This document shows positions 40,115-50,255 of a stretch of DNA of 64,000 bases, piece after piece. The notes below the pieces were generated by a model. It saw only the letters and a list, made by a program, of their open reading frames with translations. It did not search any database and was not told where the DNA came from. Each line of letters opens with the position of its first letter. Position 1 is the first letter of the stretch. The DNA is from a virus. The stretch lies in the IMG/VR virus record IMGVR_UViG_3300033148_007030, positions 34,003 through 98,002 of that record. One strand, given 5' to 3'. Position numbers and translations under genes: made by a program.

Positions 40115-43100
40115 TTATATGCAGGCCGCCTTTACTGTAAAGGAAAACCCATCTGGACTGGCTGAAAAACCAAATCCACTTGATTTTGCTGTGAAAGCGA
40201 AACCACCTTGATTTATTGTAAAGTTAAAAGGTTGACTATTAACTGTATAAGCACAAATTAATTTCTCCAAAGGAGTTATACTCGAACTACTGCTAGAACT
40301 CGAACTGCTAGAAGAACTGCTGGAACTAGAAGACGATACTGAAGAAGATGAGGAGGAACTACTGCTCGAAGACGAAATAGAATTTGAACTTGACGAACTA
40401 CTACTTACAGAGCTGGAAGAAGAACTTTCTGAGCTAGAGGAAGAACTGGAAGATTCAGAGCTTGAGCTTGAGGAAGATTCGGATTCTGAACTTGAGGAAC
40501 TGGATTTTGATTCACTTGATGAACTAGACGATACAGACTCCGAACTACTGGAACTGGACACAGATTCTGATTCTGAGCTAGAAGATGAAGAAGAACTAAC
40601 GGATTCAGAAGAACTTGAACTGCTCTCACTTAAAGATTCAGAATTTGAAGATGATGAAATTGAGATACTCTCTGAACTACTGCTGGAACTAACAGATTCG
40701 CTACTTGAAGAAACAGAAATTGATTCTGATTGAGAACTTGATGAAGAACTTTCACTCTCAGATGTGCTCTCACTGCTGCTGGAAATTGATTCAGACTCTG
40801 AGGAACTGCTACTGCTAACAGAAGTGGATTCCGAACTTGAACTTGACGATTCAGAAAGGCTCTCACTACTACTAGATGACGATTCTGATAAAGATTCGGA
40901 CTCTGAGGAACTGGAAAGAGATTCTGACTCTGAAGACGAAGATACTGATACGCTCTCCGAGGAGCTTGATACACTGACAGATTCAGAACTACTTGAAAAG
41001 GAAACTGATATTGATTCACTAGAGCTTGAAGAGCTTATAGAAGCGCTTTCAGATGAGCTACTAAAGCTAACCGATTCAGAACTTGAACTACTGCTAAACG
41101 AAATGGATTCACTTGAGCTACTGTTGGATTCCGATTCACTGGATGAAGAGGAAGATACTGATATACTTTCAAAACTTGAACTAATAGATTCAGATATTGA
41201 CTCACTGGAGGAACTAGATGAAACAGATTGGGATTCACTACTAGAAGAAGAACTTATGCTTTCAGATAAAGATAAACTACTTGATGAAATAGATATTGAT
41301 TCGCTACTTGAACTAGAACTTACAGAAGTTGATTCTGAACTTGAGCTTGAGGAATCTGATAATGATTCGCTGGATGAGGAAGAGCTAATAGAAGCAGACT
41401 CACTGGAACTACTTGATGAAATGGATTCCGACTCGCTAGATGAGGAACTGCTCTCCGATAAAGATTCTGATGAACTACTCACACTTGCACTTTCAGAGGA
41501 GGAACTACTTGACACACTCACACTCTCTGATGAACTGCTACTTGAAATCGACTCGGATTCAGAGCTCGAAGAGGATGACTCGGAAAGGCTTTCAGAACTG
41601 CTACTGGAACTAACAGATTCGCTACTAGAAGAAACTGAAACGCTTTCAGAACTACTTGAGGAAGAAACACTTGTGGATTCACTTGAGGAAGATGAGGAAG
41701 AAGATACCGATGCACTTTCCGAACTACTGGATGAACTCACCGAAACACTCTCACTAGACGAACTGAATGATATGGATGTAGATTCCGAACCGCTACTTGA
41801 GGACACCGAGGCTGATTCTGATGAACTACTGCTCGATACCGAGGTACTCTCCGAACTAGAAGAGGAAGAGATAGATGTACTTTCAGAACTATAAGAACTG
41901 GAAATAGACTCTGATACAGATTCACTAGAAGAACTAGATGAGATGGACTCACTTTGAGAAGAGCTTGACAAGCTTATAGAAATAGATTCTGAACTGTTGG
42001 ATGAAGACACACTAATTGATTCACTGGATGAGGAGAAAGATACGGATTCCGATGAACTACTTGAAGATACCGAAATACTTTCAGATGAAGAGCTGCTTGA
42101 AACAGATACAGATTCTGATGAGGAACTACTAGAAACAGATATGGACTCAGAGGAAGAGGAGAATGAAATTGACACACTGTTGGAAGAACTTGAGGACGAG
42201 ATTGATACCGATTCCGAAGAGGAAGAAGATGAGACGGATATGCTCTCCGAGCTACTAGAGACAGATGTTGATTCAGATGAACTGCTCGAACTTTCACTGG
42301 TGGATTCAGAGCTGGAACTGCTGGAAACCGATGCACTTTCAGATGAGGAACTGAAAGATACGGAAACTGATTCCGAGGAACTCGAAGAACTTTGAGAAGT
42401 AGATTCACTTGAACTTGAATTACTTACAGATGTAGACTCCGAACTACTACTGGAAGATACTGATTGTGAAGTAGAAGATGAGGATACCGATGTACTCTCC
42501 GAGGAACTTGAGCTACTCGCTGCTACAATATGGCTCGCGCCAATCCAGAATGGTGTGCCATTATCTCGTGCCTGTCCTTGAATGTCTTCAGTTACACCCG
42601 ATCCATACAAGTTCTCACCATCATCTACGATTGCAAGATTAGTCTCATCCCCACCTGAATCTAAACGGTAATCATCATTATCATAATCCTTAAACACCGA
42701 ATTTGTATGAACATCCTTGCTTCGATAGGCTACATCAGGTGAAGTGGCATCTTCTGAAATGTTGTGGCCATGAGTGCCCCAACCTGCACCATCATCTCTA
42801 TAATCGCTTCCACCTGTGTGACCCTGAGCTAGATTATTTTTAACTGTCAATGTACCATTTAACACATCAGCGTATTCCTGCATAATATTACTATAACATT
42901 TAACTACTGTGTTATTATATATCTCTGCCGTATAGCCAGCACTTAAGGCACAATTTAATCTAATCCCCCCATCAGATCCACCATCACCAACACCATAAAT
43001 AATAGAATTCGTAAGCAGTACATTCCTTACGTTGGAGTAAATTCCTATCCCGTAAACAGAACTGCTATTTCCTTTTACCAATAATCTGTTTAACTTAATT

Positions 43101-43996
43101 AACCCACTATCCCCCCCATCATCAATTACTATAGCTATATTCTGTCCAGAAATATCAAAAGCGAGTTTCGATATTTCCATATCAGCAAGGTCTCCCCCTG
43201 TAGTTTCATTCAGGGTTATTTGGTCATTGGAACCAAAATTTACCCTTGCACCATTCCCATACGCTCCGCCACTATGCTCACAGTCTACCTCTACAGTAAG
43301 GTATAGAGTATTTCCATCTGTTTCAACATCAAAAAGTACCTCTGTGGATATATCTGATTCTTCATCAAGATGTAAACCGTGCAAGTCTCCCGTAAGTGGT
43401 CCCTCCACAGGTGTAATTATATCAGCCTCAAATGCTGTTACAGTAGCATAATCTGGCCCCACTCCAGCACCAATGGTAAATCCCCCACCCGTACCAGCTC
43501 CAGCACCATCTTGAGCAATTGACCCTGGAGCCCTATCATATTTTGAAGGAAGGCGTTGATGATTATATTCATTCCTAACAATTTGATCAAAGGCTCGTTC
43601 TATGAAAATAGTGCCGGGATCTTTTTCCTTATTATAAATTGCATCAAATTGACTGGAAGTAATAAGGCCAAGATCAAGCAAAAGTTTAAAATCAAAGAAC
43701 CAATCCCTTCGTCTAAATCTTTTTTCTTCTAATGGAAATTCTTGTGTCCAAGGAAGTTTACCTTGTGAATCAACAGGTACCAGGTATTTTTTGATATTAT
43801 CGTAGACCTTCTGCCCAGGCCATTTCCAGTTGGTAGAACCACGGAGCTGCCAATAATCTCCAGGCAATGTAAGAACGCAGTGATGCCTTCGCTCCGTCCT
43901 ACCCTTATGAAACCCATCAGGACGGATGTCAATTATTTGGCCATCTCGCCAGTGGATTGGATTTTGTGAACCGCCTACTTTGAGAAGTAATTCCAT
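40115..43996 (-). CDS. serine-rich repeat (mucin/SRRP-like) protein: N-terminal globular and beta-helix domains, 746-aa Ser/Glu tract, short C-terminal FxF repeats
   Basis: 1293-aa ORF; aa 494-1239 are SSSSSES(I/V/T/A)S-type repeats; parallel beta-helix-like segment before the tract; no signal peptide. Confidence 0.85.
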   Translation of the reverse strand: MELLLKVGGSQNPIHWRDGQIIDIRPDGFHKGRTERRHHCVLTLPGDYWQLRGSTNWKWPGQKVYDNIKKYLVPVDSQGKLPWTQEFPLEEKRFRRRDWFFDFKLLLDLGLITSSQFDAIYNKEKDPGTIFIERAFDQIVRNEYNHQRLPSKYDRAPGSIAQDGAGAGTGGGFTIGAGVGPDYATVTAFEADIITPVEGPLTGDLHGLHLDEESDISTEVLFDVETDGNTLYLTVEVDCEHSGGAYGNGARVNFGSNDQITLNETTGGDLADMEISKLAFDISGQNIAIVIDDGGDSGLIKLNRLLVKGNSSSVYGIGIYSNVRNVLLTNSIIYGVGDGGSDGGIRLNCALSAGYTAEIYNNTVVKCYSNIMQEYADVLNGTLTVKNNLAQGHTGGSDYRDDGAGWGTHGHNISEDATSPDVAYRSKDVHTNSVFKDYDNDDYRLDSGGDETNLAIVDDGENLYGSGVTEDIQGQARDNGTPFWIGASHIVAASSSSSSESTSVSSSSTSQSVSSSSSSESTSVSNSSSSESTSQSSSSSSESVSVSFSSSSESASVSSSSSSESTSESSSSSSESTSVSSSSESISVSSSSSSESVSISSSSSSNSVSISFSSSSESISVSSSSSSESVSVSSSSSSESISVSSSSSSESVSFSSSSESISVSSSNSSESISISLSSSSQSESISSSSSSESVSESISSSYSSESTSISSSSSSESTSVSSSSSSESASVSSSSGSESTSISFSSSSESVSVSSSSSSESASVSSSSSSSSESTSVSSSSSSESVSVSSSSESVSSSSSSESLSESSSSSSESESISSSSSSESVSVSSSSSSESASVSSSSESLSESSSSSSESESISSSSSSESASISSSSSSESLSDSSSSSSESTSVSSSSSSESISISSSSLSLSESISSSSSSESQSVSSSSSSESISESISSSFESISVSSSSSSESESNSSSSESISFSSSSSSESVSFSSSSESASISSSSSSESISVSFSSSSESVSVSSSSESVSVSSSSESESLSSSSESESLSESSSSSSESLSESSSSSSESTSVSSSSSSESESISSSSESTSESESSSSSSQSESISVSSSSESVSSSSSSESISISSSSNSESLSESSSSSSESVSSSSSSSSESESVSSSSSSESVSSSSSSESKSSSSSSESESSSSSSSESSSSSSSSESSSSSSVSSSSSSSNSISSSSSSSSSSSSVSSSSSSSSSSSSSSSSSSSITPLEKLICAYTVNSQPFNFTINQGGFAFTAKSSGFGFSASPDGFSFTVKAACI
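40280..42517 (-). repeat. serine-codon low-complexity repeat
   Basis: Degenerate repeats using all six Ser codons. Confidence 0.95.
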
Positions 43997-44251
43997 CTAA
44001 TTAACCTTCTCCCAATAACCTATGTGATAAAATGGATGAGAAGAATGTTTTGAATGGCTAATTTCTCCAATCTTCTCCGAAGAGAAAGACAGGTATTTAT
44101 AGCCTTCCTTATCCTTCTCAAGAATTAAATGATATACTCTTTTATCTTCATCAAAGCCCTCTGGCAATAGGGATTTGTATTTCAATAAATCCCCAAATTT
44201 TAAATCAAGCATTTCTGTTTCCATTTTATGCCTGCCATCCCGTATTATCAT
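43997..44251 (-). CDS. hypothetical protein
   Basis: 84-aa ORF whose stop abuts the Ser-rich gene start. Confidence 0.5.
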   Translation of the reverse strand: MIIRDGRHKMETEMLDLKFGDLLKYKSLLPEGFDEDKRVYHLILEKDKEGYKYLSFSSEKIGEISHSKHSSHPFYHIGYWEKVN

Positions 44252-44422
44252 AAGGTAACTGAGGAGGAAGAATAAGACCTTCCTTTGTTATTTTTACTGT
44301 ACTTCCTTCAGGAGTATTGGATACAACTATGTCGCATTCTTTAATGAAATCTTTTTTTATAATTATGTTGTCCATCTTTTGTTCTTTCGACATTATATGT
44401 CCCAGATTTAATATTATTTATT

Positions 44423-44470
44423 TTACATATAAAGATTTTGTGAACCGCCAACTTTAAGGAGTAATTCCAT
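44423..44470 (-). pseudogene. orphan duplicate of the Ser-rich gene 5' end
   Basis: MELLLKVGGSQNLYM* versus MELLLKVGGSQNPIH...; only synonymous differences over 12 codons. Confidence 0.75.
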
Positions 44471-44490
44471 TATATTTTATATTAACTTTT

Positions 44491-44787
44491 TCAAGCCAAC
44501 CTTCCTTTTATATCATCTAAACTAATCCCTATGTTTTTACCTAAGGTTTCTATTTCTTTTGAAAGAGATTTACTTGTTACTTCCATCACCTGTTCAATTC
44601 TTTTTAAATTTCCTTCACAACTGTCTTTGGAAACAAACTCTTCTCGTAAGCGATCTTCTAATCTTCGACTTTCCCCATTTCCAAGAGACTTTGGGGAGTC
44701 TTTTTTAATAAATCTCAAAATAGTCAAAACAAGCCCCCCCAAAGTTAGTATACTTACACATACCGCAGCTGAAGTTCCAAGATCCAT
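44491..44787 (-). CDS. single-TM coiled-coil protein (holin/XhlA-like)
   Basis: N-terminal TM helix, FVSK..C, coiled-coil C-terminus. Confidence 0.5.
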   Translation of the reverse strand: MDLGTSAAVCVSILTLGGLVLTILRFIKKDSPKSLGNGESRRLEDRLREEFVSKDSCEGNLKRIEQVMEVTSKSLSKEIETLGKNIGISLDDIKGRLA

Positions 44788-44833
44788 ACCCCACCTCCAT
44801 TGTTACAATTCCCACCCAATAACAAGTTTAATT

Positions 44834-45898
44834 TTATTCATCCGTATTTCCAAAAAGAGGTTGTACCATATCCTTGATTTTTCCTTTCTTTTTAATAAAC
44901 GGCTTTTTCTCTGCAATAACTTCTTTTCCTGGTATTGGAAGGATCTTTCTCTTTGAAGGATCTTTTTGAAAATAATTCCCGGACCTCAAAGCTTCTTTCG
45001 CATCAACATCATGAGGGATGTGATAAGCTTTTCCTTGTTTGTCATATATTGTTAACATTCTATTACCTCCTATAAGTTAAAATTATTAATTACAAAAATA
45101 CTAGTGAAAATGGTACCGTAGATGGGCTGTTAAACTTGCTGGACCTCCCGCACTACACTTTGCTCGATAATAAACAGTCTCGCCAGCGGGGATCTTGTCT
45201 GAAAAAACTCGAGATTCCTGTTTTGGCACCGCTCCTCCATATAGCCTTACTCTTGCTATATTAACTTTACTACCTCCATAAGATATTTCCACCAAATAAA
45301 TTTCGCCATTAGCGGTAACAGTTTCAACCACAAAGGCACTAATATGTCCCTCCGTAGTAGCCAATTTGGAAGAAAACGTCACAGCATTATTATCTACTAA
45401 TTCCGTCCAAGTAAGCCAGGTATTAGCTGCAGCAGCAGTACAAGTTACAGTCTCGTTTGTATCCTCTGGAAAAAGAAAAGTATCATGTTGGACTTCATGT
45501 AATAGTTCTGCTAAAACAGTTCCCCCACCTCCTGATATTCTCGACATTTTACTACCTCCTTAATCTAAAAGCATTACTTCAAAAGTTCCAGTGGTTGTTG
45601 GGTTTACATAAAACAAGGTTTCTCCCGCCTCTTTTGAAATATCTAATACTAATGGTTCTACTCCCATCGTATAATAAGTAGCCCCTGTTGCGATATGCGA
45701 AAGCAGCCAGGTTCCTCCTGCCCTCATTCTCCCACTAATAGATTTACATGCCATATTATCAGCTGCGCTTAATGTAATCGCTGTCCACGCACCATTAGCA
45801 ACAGCCGTGTTTAAAATATCAACAATAGCAGAACCCCCAGGAATTGGCGTACCATAGGCGTCCCTAACAAAAGGTCTTCCAACAGATGTTCTTGGCAT
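44834..45898 (-). CDS. three small virion-module proteins (74, 148 and 112 aa)
   Basis: ORF track; Thr/Ala/Gly-rich beta composition; GGAGG RBS. Confidence 0.55.
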
Positions 45899-45902
45899 TC
45901 TA

Positions 45903-47225
45903 TTACCTCCCTACCCCAACAGACTGGGGTAAATTAAGATTCATTGGTATATGTAATGGGACTCTTTGTGAGGCTGGTTGTTTAGATTGTCCAGGGGGAG
46001 TTACATTGACTTTAACAGGCACTTTAGAAGATTCTAATTCTTTCTTCAACATATCCACCATCCCTGATTGAAATTGAGGTGGAGTGTCCTTCAATGCTGT
46101 ATTAAACAACTCCACTGCTTTGGTTCCTTCCTTTAACTGAACAATAGCCATATTCATAGTACAATAGGCTAACGCTTCTGGTCGCAAACTGTATATAAAC
46201 CGATTAAGTTTCGCCATAGGATCTTTTATAAATCGATCATAAAGCTCAATAAAATCCCTGGCTCCAGAAACAACTAAATCAGGACTGCCGGACCAAACCC
46301 CATATTCACAAGCAGATAAAGCCAAATCCAAGTCTCCTGGAACTTCTTTCAACCCGGCCATCAACCATTCATACGTTTTCTCTTTATTTCCTAACTTCAT
46401 ATAATTGTGAATGACAGTAAAATAAACAGATCTGTTAAAATTACCATCACCAGTTGTTTTCAATTCTTCTTTATGTTTTAGGTATTCCTCTCCATATTTC
46501 ACACATTCTTCATGCTTAAAATAATTTGCATAAATTTGAGAGAGATAGAAATAACAAGTGTAGTCCTTTGGATCTTTTTCTAGTCGAGCGAATAATGCGG
46601 AAGAAGTTCGTTTGAATTTGGCGGCTTTCTGTTCAGGAGTCATATCGTATCCATAATGTTTTATATGAATACCTTGTAAAAAAACTCCACCACCTTTAGT
46701 CTGAGGTTGATTGTGAATAATTCCTTTGTACTCTGCTTTTTCTCTTCTGAAGAATCTAGCGGTATTAAACTGCATTGACACAGTATCCTTCTGAATATCT
46801 TTAAGCAAAATAATACCAACAAATATCTTAGGAGGTATTTCTTTTAACGCATTCTTTATTGTTTCAGGAGGACTTTCAAGACACAACTCTTCATCAGCAT
46901 CAACTATAAATACCCACTTACCACTAGCATGGCTTATAGACTGATTTCTATGTTTGGAAAAATCACCTTCCCACGGATGGTGAAAAACCTTTGCTCCAAA
47001 AGACTTTGCAATTTCAACTGTTTTGTCCTTGGAACCTGTGTCAACAACAATAATCTCATCAACTACATTTTTAATTGATTCCAAACATCTTGGCAACCGT
47101 GCCTCTTCATCTTTTACCATCATACACGCAGAAAGAAAAGGAACTGACTTAAAAGATTTGGACTTAACTACAGCCAGTCCCTTCCTCTTTCGTAGTGATG
47201 CTTTACCCGGATTTACTTTTTTCAT
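45903..47225 (-). CDS. GT2 glycosyltransferase with TPR-like C-terminal domain (protein/peptide glycosyltransferase type)
   Basis: LSACMMVKDE, IIVVDTGS.D.T, W..DFS..RN, W.FIVDADE, IHNQ, HYGY, then helical repeats. Confidence 0.9.
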   Translation of the reverse strand: MKKVNPGKASLRKRKGLAVVKSKSFKSVPFLSACMMVKDEEARLPRCLESIKNVVDEIIVVDTGSKDKTVEIAKSFGAKVFHHPWEGDFSKHRNQSISHASGKWVFIVDADEELCLESPPETIKNALKEIPPKIFVGIILLKDIQKDTVSMQFNTARFFRREKAEYKGIIHNQPQTKGGGVFLQGIHIKHYGYDMTPEQKAAKFKRTSSALFARLEKDPKDYTCYFYLSQIYANYFKHEECVKYGEEYLKHKEELKTTGDGNFNRSVYFTVIHNYMKLGNKEKTYEWLMAGLKEVPGDLDLALSACEYGVWSGSPDLVVSGARDFIELYDRFIKDPMAKLNRFIYSLRPEALAYCTMNMAIVQLKEGTKAVELFNTALKDTPPQFQSGMVDMLKKELESSKVPVKVNVTPPGQSKQPASQRVPLHIPMNLNLPQSVGVGR

Positions 47226-47237
47226 AACAAACCCTCC

Positions 47238-47720
47238 TTATATACTAAGAAAGGCATAGTAATTGATACCTGTACTCGGTGTTCCCATAGCAGAATAAAC
47301 TCTCAACCATCTATACACTGTTCCTGCAAAATCATTGCAGAAAGGCAGAGTAAGCCTAACTGGCAATGAAGTAGGACCTGGCCAAGTAGAAAGACTGGAT
47401 CTTATATTCGCACCAGGATCTCCACCCATCCTATCAGCAATTGAACAATAAGCCCAACCAAGATGGACTGAAGTAAGGGTGTCCCAAGTAGTAAACGTGC
47501 TATCATGACTTCCTTGTAACATAATCTCAAATTGATCTGTAGAAGCCAATGTGGATACTGCAGTAACATCAATAATAAGTTTGCCTTCAGTGTATATTTC
47601 TGAATCCCTTCTTGGTGCCCCTCCTCCCAAATCAACTGCTGAGGCAGCAGTATTCACAGCTACTACTCCAACACCATGCATCTCTAACAATGCATCAAAA
47701 ATTTTACCTCTATTCTTCAT
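47238..47720 (-). CDS. capsid decoration/cement protein paralogue 2
   Basis: Follows the MCP; jelly-roll-like; paralogue of 47785-48291. Confidence 0.7.
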   Translation of the reverse strand: MKNRGKIFDALLEMHGVGVVAVNTAASAVDLGGGAPRRDSEIYTEGKLIIDVTAVSTLASTDQFEIMLQGSHDSTFTTWDTLTSVHLGWAYCSIADRMGGDPGANIRSSLSTWPGPTSLPVRLTLPFCNDFAGTVYRWLRVYSAMGTPSTGINYYAFLSI

Positions 47721-47784
47721 AAATAAGTCCTTTCAAAACCCTTTTAAAAAGGGTCATGTTAAAGGGTTATAAAATAACTACCTC

Positions 47785-48291
47785 TTAATTATCTTTAGTT
47801 AAGAAGGCATAGTAATTAATACCCGTTGCAACTGTTGCAGCTATTGCCGTATATATTCTCAACCATCTGTAAACAGTCCCTGCAAAATCATTGCAAAAAG
47901 GAAGTGTTAATCTCAGCGGCAATGCGGCAGGACCTGGCCATGTAGCTCTACTTGAATACAATGCAGGAGATGTGGCAGAAACAAACTGGTTTGGCCACGT
48001 GGTAGCATAGGTAGCGATTGAACCCAACTTAACAGCAAAAAGAGTATCAAAAGTAGTAAACGTAGAATCATGGCTTCCTTGTAGCCAAATTTGAAACTTA
48101 TTATAGAACGTTGCACTGGAACAAGCTGCAATATCAAGAATCAATTTACCTTCTGTATATATTGCAGAATCTCTTCTTGTAGCACCCCCGCCAAGATCTA
48201 CAGGAGTGGAAGCTGTTCCTGCAGCGCCAGCCATCAAACCTATACCATGCATCTCTAACAATGCATCAAAAATTTTACCTCTATTCTTCAT
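47785..48291 (-). CDS. capsid decoration/cement protein paralogue 1
   Basis: Immediately after the MCP; IFDA.L...VDLG...YRWLR.Y. Confidence 0.7.
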   Translation of the reverse strand: MKNRGKIFDALLEMHGIGLMAGAAGTASTPVDLGGGATRRDSAIYTEGKLILDIAACSSATFYNKFQIWLQGSHDSTFTTFDTLFAVKLGSIATYATTWPNQFVSATSPALYSSRATWPGPAALPLRLTLPFCNDFAGTVYRWLRIYTAIAATVATGINYYAFLTKDN

Positions 48292-48359
48292 AAATAAGTC
48301 CTCCTAAGGAATCTTAATCACAACAAGATTCCTTGGTTATGAGGTTAAAATAAAACCTA

Positions 48360-49292
48360 TTACGCCTGAGCTGCCCTTCTAGGGACACTATACAACCTTG
48401 CAGCACCTTTCTCTCTCAGAATAGCAAGAGTCACATACCACTCAACTCTTGTTCTGAGAACAGGAGCGGAATCCTGCTCACCAAGATCCCTTACATCCAT
48501 ATCGCCATTCTGCAATCCCATAACTCCATTCTCAGCAAAAGAAACACAATAAACGGAAGTAGCTGTAGCAGCCGTTCCACCTGAGGATGTTTCTGTAAAT
48601 CCAAGAATTTCAGTATTGAATTGATCCCTATCAGCAATAAGAATTGGAAGATCATTGTACTTCGTTACCCTTCGACCAAAATTATCCACATCATAGGTAA
48701 TATAACCACCTACATTAGGATTACGAGCAGCAGTAGTCAACCTTCTCCGTATATCTTTACTCATAATAAGATGAGTAGGCTCATCAACAGCATCAATCAT
48801 CTCATCAAGAGATGAGAGAGCGAGACCAGTAGCAATAGAACTTCTATTGGCAATTAACTGATCAGCAGTACACCGAACCTGCAACCCATCGAATTCTCTC
48901 CGAGCTGTAAGAATGTCACCTTTTATGATGGTCTCCGTAATGGATAATGATAAAGCCTTTACTTTCATAGCTTCCTGAGTACCTCTTTGATCTGCTCCAC
49001 CAGTTTCTACCAGAAATTTATCAACATCTAAATCCCCACCTGCGATTGCCAGACTTTCGATAACCTTATCTACTGCTCCTACACTCTCGGTAAAGCCCTC
49101 ATTGACACCTCTAAACCCAACGCCAGGGAGTAATTGTTCTCTGTTAAATGCGAGGGAATTTCCTGAGATGTTTTCGAATGGCATATACTGGAGGACATCA
49201 GAACCTCTAGCATAAAGCTCCATTATAGTAGCTTTAAGCACCTGATCCTGACCTAATGCAACCTTCGCGGCTTCAACTAATGTTAACGCCAT
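48360..49292 (-). CDS. major capsid protein
   Basis: ALTLVEAAK, LPGVGFRGVNEG, GGDLDVD, EFDGL, RTRVEWY; HK97-fold MCP family, follows the scaffold. Confidence 0.9.
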   Translation of the reverse strand: MALTLVEAAKVALGQDQVLKATIMELYARGSDVLQYMPFENISGNSLAFNREQLLPGVGFRGVNEGFTESVGAVDKVIESLAIAGGDLDVDKFLVETGGADQRGTQEAMKVKALSLSITETIIKGDILTARREFDGLQVRCTADQLIANRSSIATGLALSSLDEMIDAVDEPTHLIMSKDIRRRLTTAARNPNVGGYITYDVDNFGRRVTKYNDLPILIADRDQFNTEILGFTETSSGGTAATATSVYCVSFAENGVMGLQNGDMDVRDLGEQDSAPVLRTRVEWYVTLAILREKGAARLYSVPRRAAQA

Positions 49293-49472
49293 AATAAAAC
49301 CTCCTTCGACTTGTAGCCAGGAAACAAAAATCCCGGCGGTTAATTAAACAAAAATAATCTAGTGTTTAATCCCTCCGGGATTCGCCTACCTGACTCCGTC
49401 TAGGAGGCTTATTAATGAGGTTACCAATTCCCTGAACTAATAATCTCGCCTTACTCTAATACATCTTTTGCC

Positions 49473-50255
49473 TTACTTTACTTTTCCAGCATGAACCAAT
49501 TTCAATCGTTCTGCCGGTGGTAATTTTTGAAGGGCTTCCGTGGATATTTTTTTCGCCCCAGCCCCTCCATCATCTCCACCACCTGCTCCACCACCAGTAG
49601 AAGGTTCGAAAAAATGAGCAGCTTCATTAGGAAGCTCCTCTGACCACTCTTTGATTGTTAACGGAGTTACTCCATCTTTTCCAAACTTAGGGGTGCCGTC
49701 AAACTCCTTGGCAACTAAATTACCTTTTTCATCCATATGAAAAATCCTACGACCACGGGCGATAATATCTTCCATAGTTCCTTTTCGTATCTTCCCTACT
49801 TTCTGAATCTCTATTTGTATTTGGTTGTCTATACTGGATACTTCAAGGGCTCTCTGAGCATTTGTGTAATTACTTTTGGCCTCATTAACTATATCTGTAA
49901 GATTCTTTATCTGCTTTTCATAATCTCTTTTCATTGAACTGGTTCGCTTGCTTATGATCTCATCCAGATTTCCATCATCATACAATTTCTTGTCTTCTAA
50001 CTTCTGAACTATCAACATAGCTTCATTATATTTTTCCACGTCCATATCTTTAAACTTCTCCATATCCAACTTCATATCCTCTATATTCTTCATCAACTGA
50101 ATATTCTTATTTCTGAACTCCACAATTTTATTTTTCATTGCAGGATCTTCAACTACCTCCACATCCAAATGAAACTTGCCATCCTTCTCAATATACAACC
50201 CCTTTACTGACTCATCCAAATCATCCAATTTGTCCAACACAACTTTTAACGCCAT
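49473..50255 (-). CDS. capsid scaffolding protein
   Basis: LY.EKDGKF.LDV, coiled coil, HFF..S.GGGAGG C-terminus; position. Confidence 0.8.
   Translation of the reverse strand: MALKVVLDKLDDLDESVKGLYIEKDGKFHLDVEVVEDPAMKNKIVEFRNKNIQLMKNIEDMKLDMEKFKDMDVEKYNEAMLIVQKLEDKKLYDDGNLDEIISKRTSSMKRDYEKQIKNLTDIVNEAKSNYTNAQRALEVSSIDNQIQIEIQKVGKIRKGTMEDIIARGRRIFHMDEKGNLVAKEFDGTPKFGKDGVTPLTIKEWSEELPNEAAHFFEPSTGGGAGGGDDGGAGAKKISTEALQKLPPAERLKLVHAGKVK

Noticed and set aside
40764-42395. Long acidic Leu/Glu/Asp ORFs on the + strand
   Set aside because: They are antisense shadows of the Ser-codon repeat, lie against the genome-wide gene orientation and have no evident RBS
35355-47225. GTs as DNA hypermodification enzymes or a host O-antigen island
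   Set aside because: No base-modifying enzymes, flippase or polymerase are nearby and the genes lie inside the virion operon; considered less likely but not excluded
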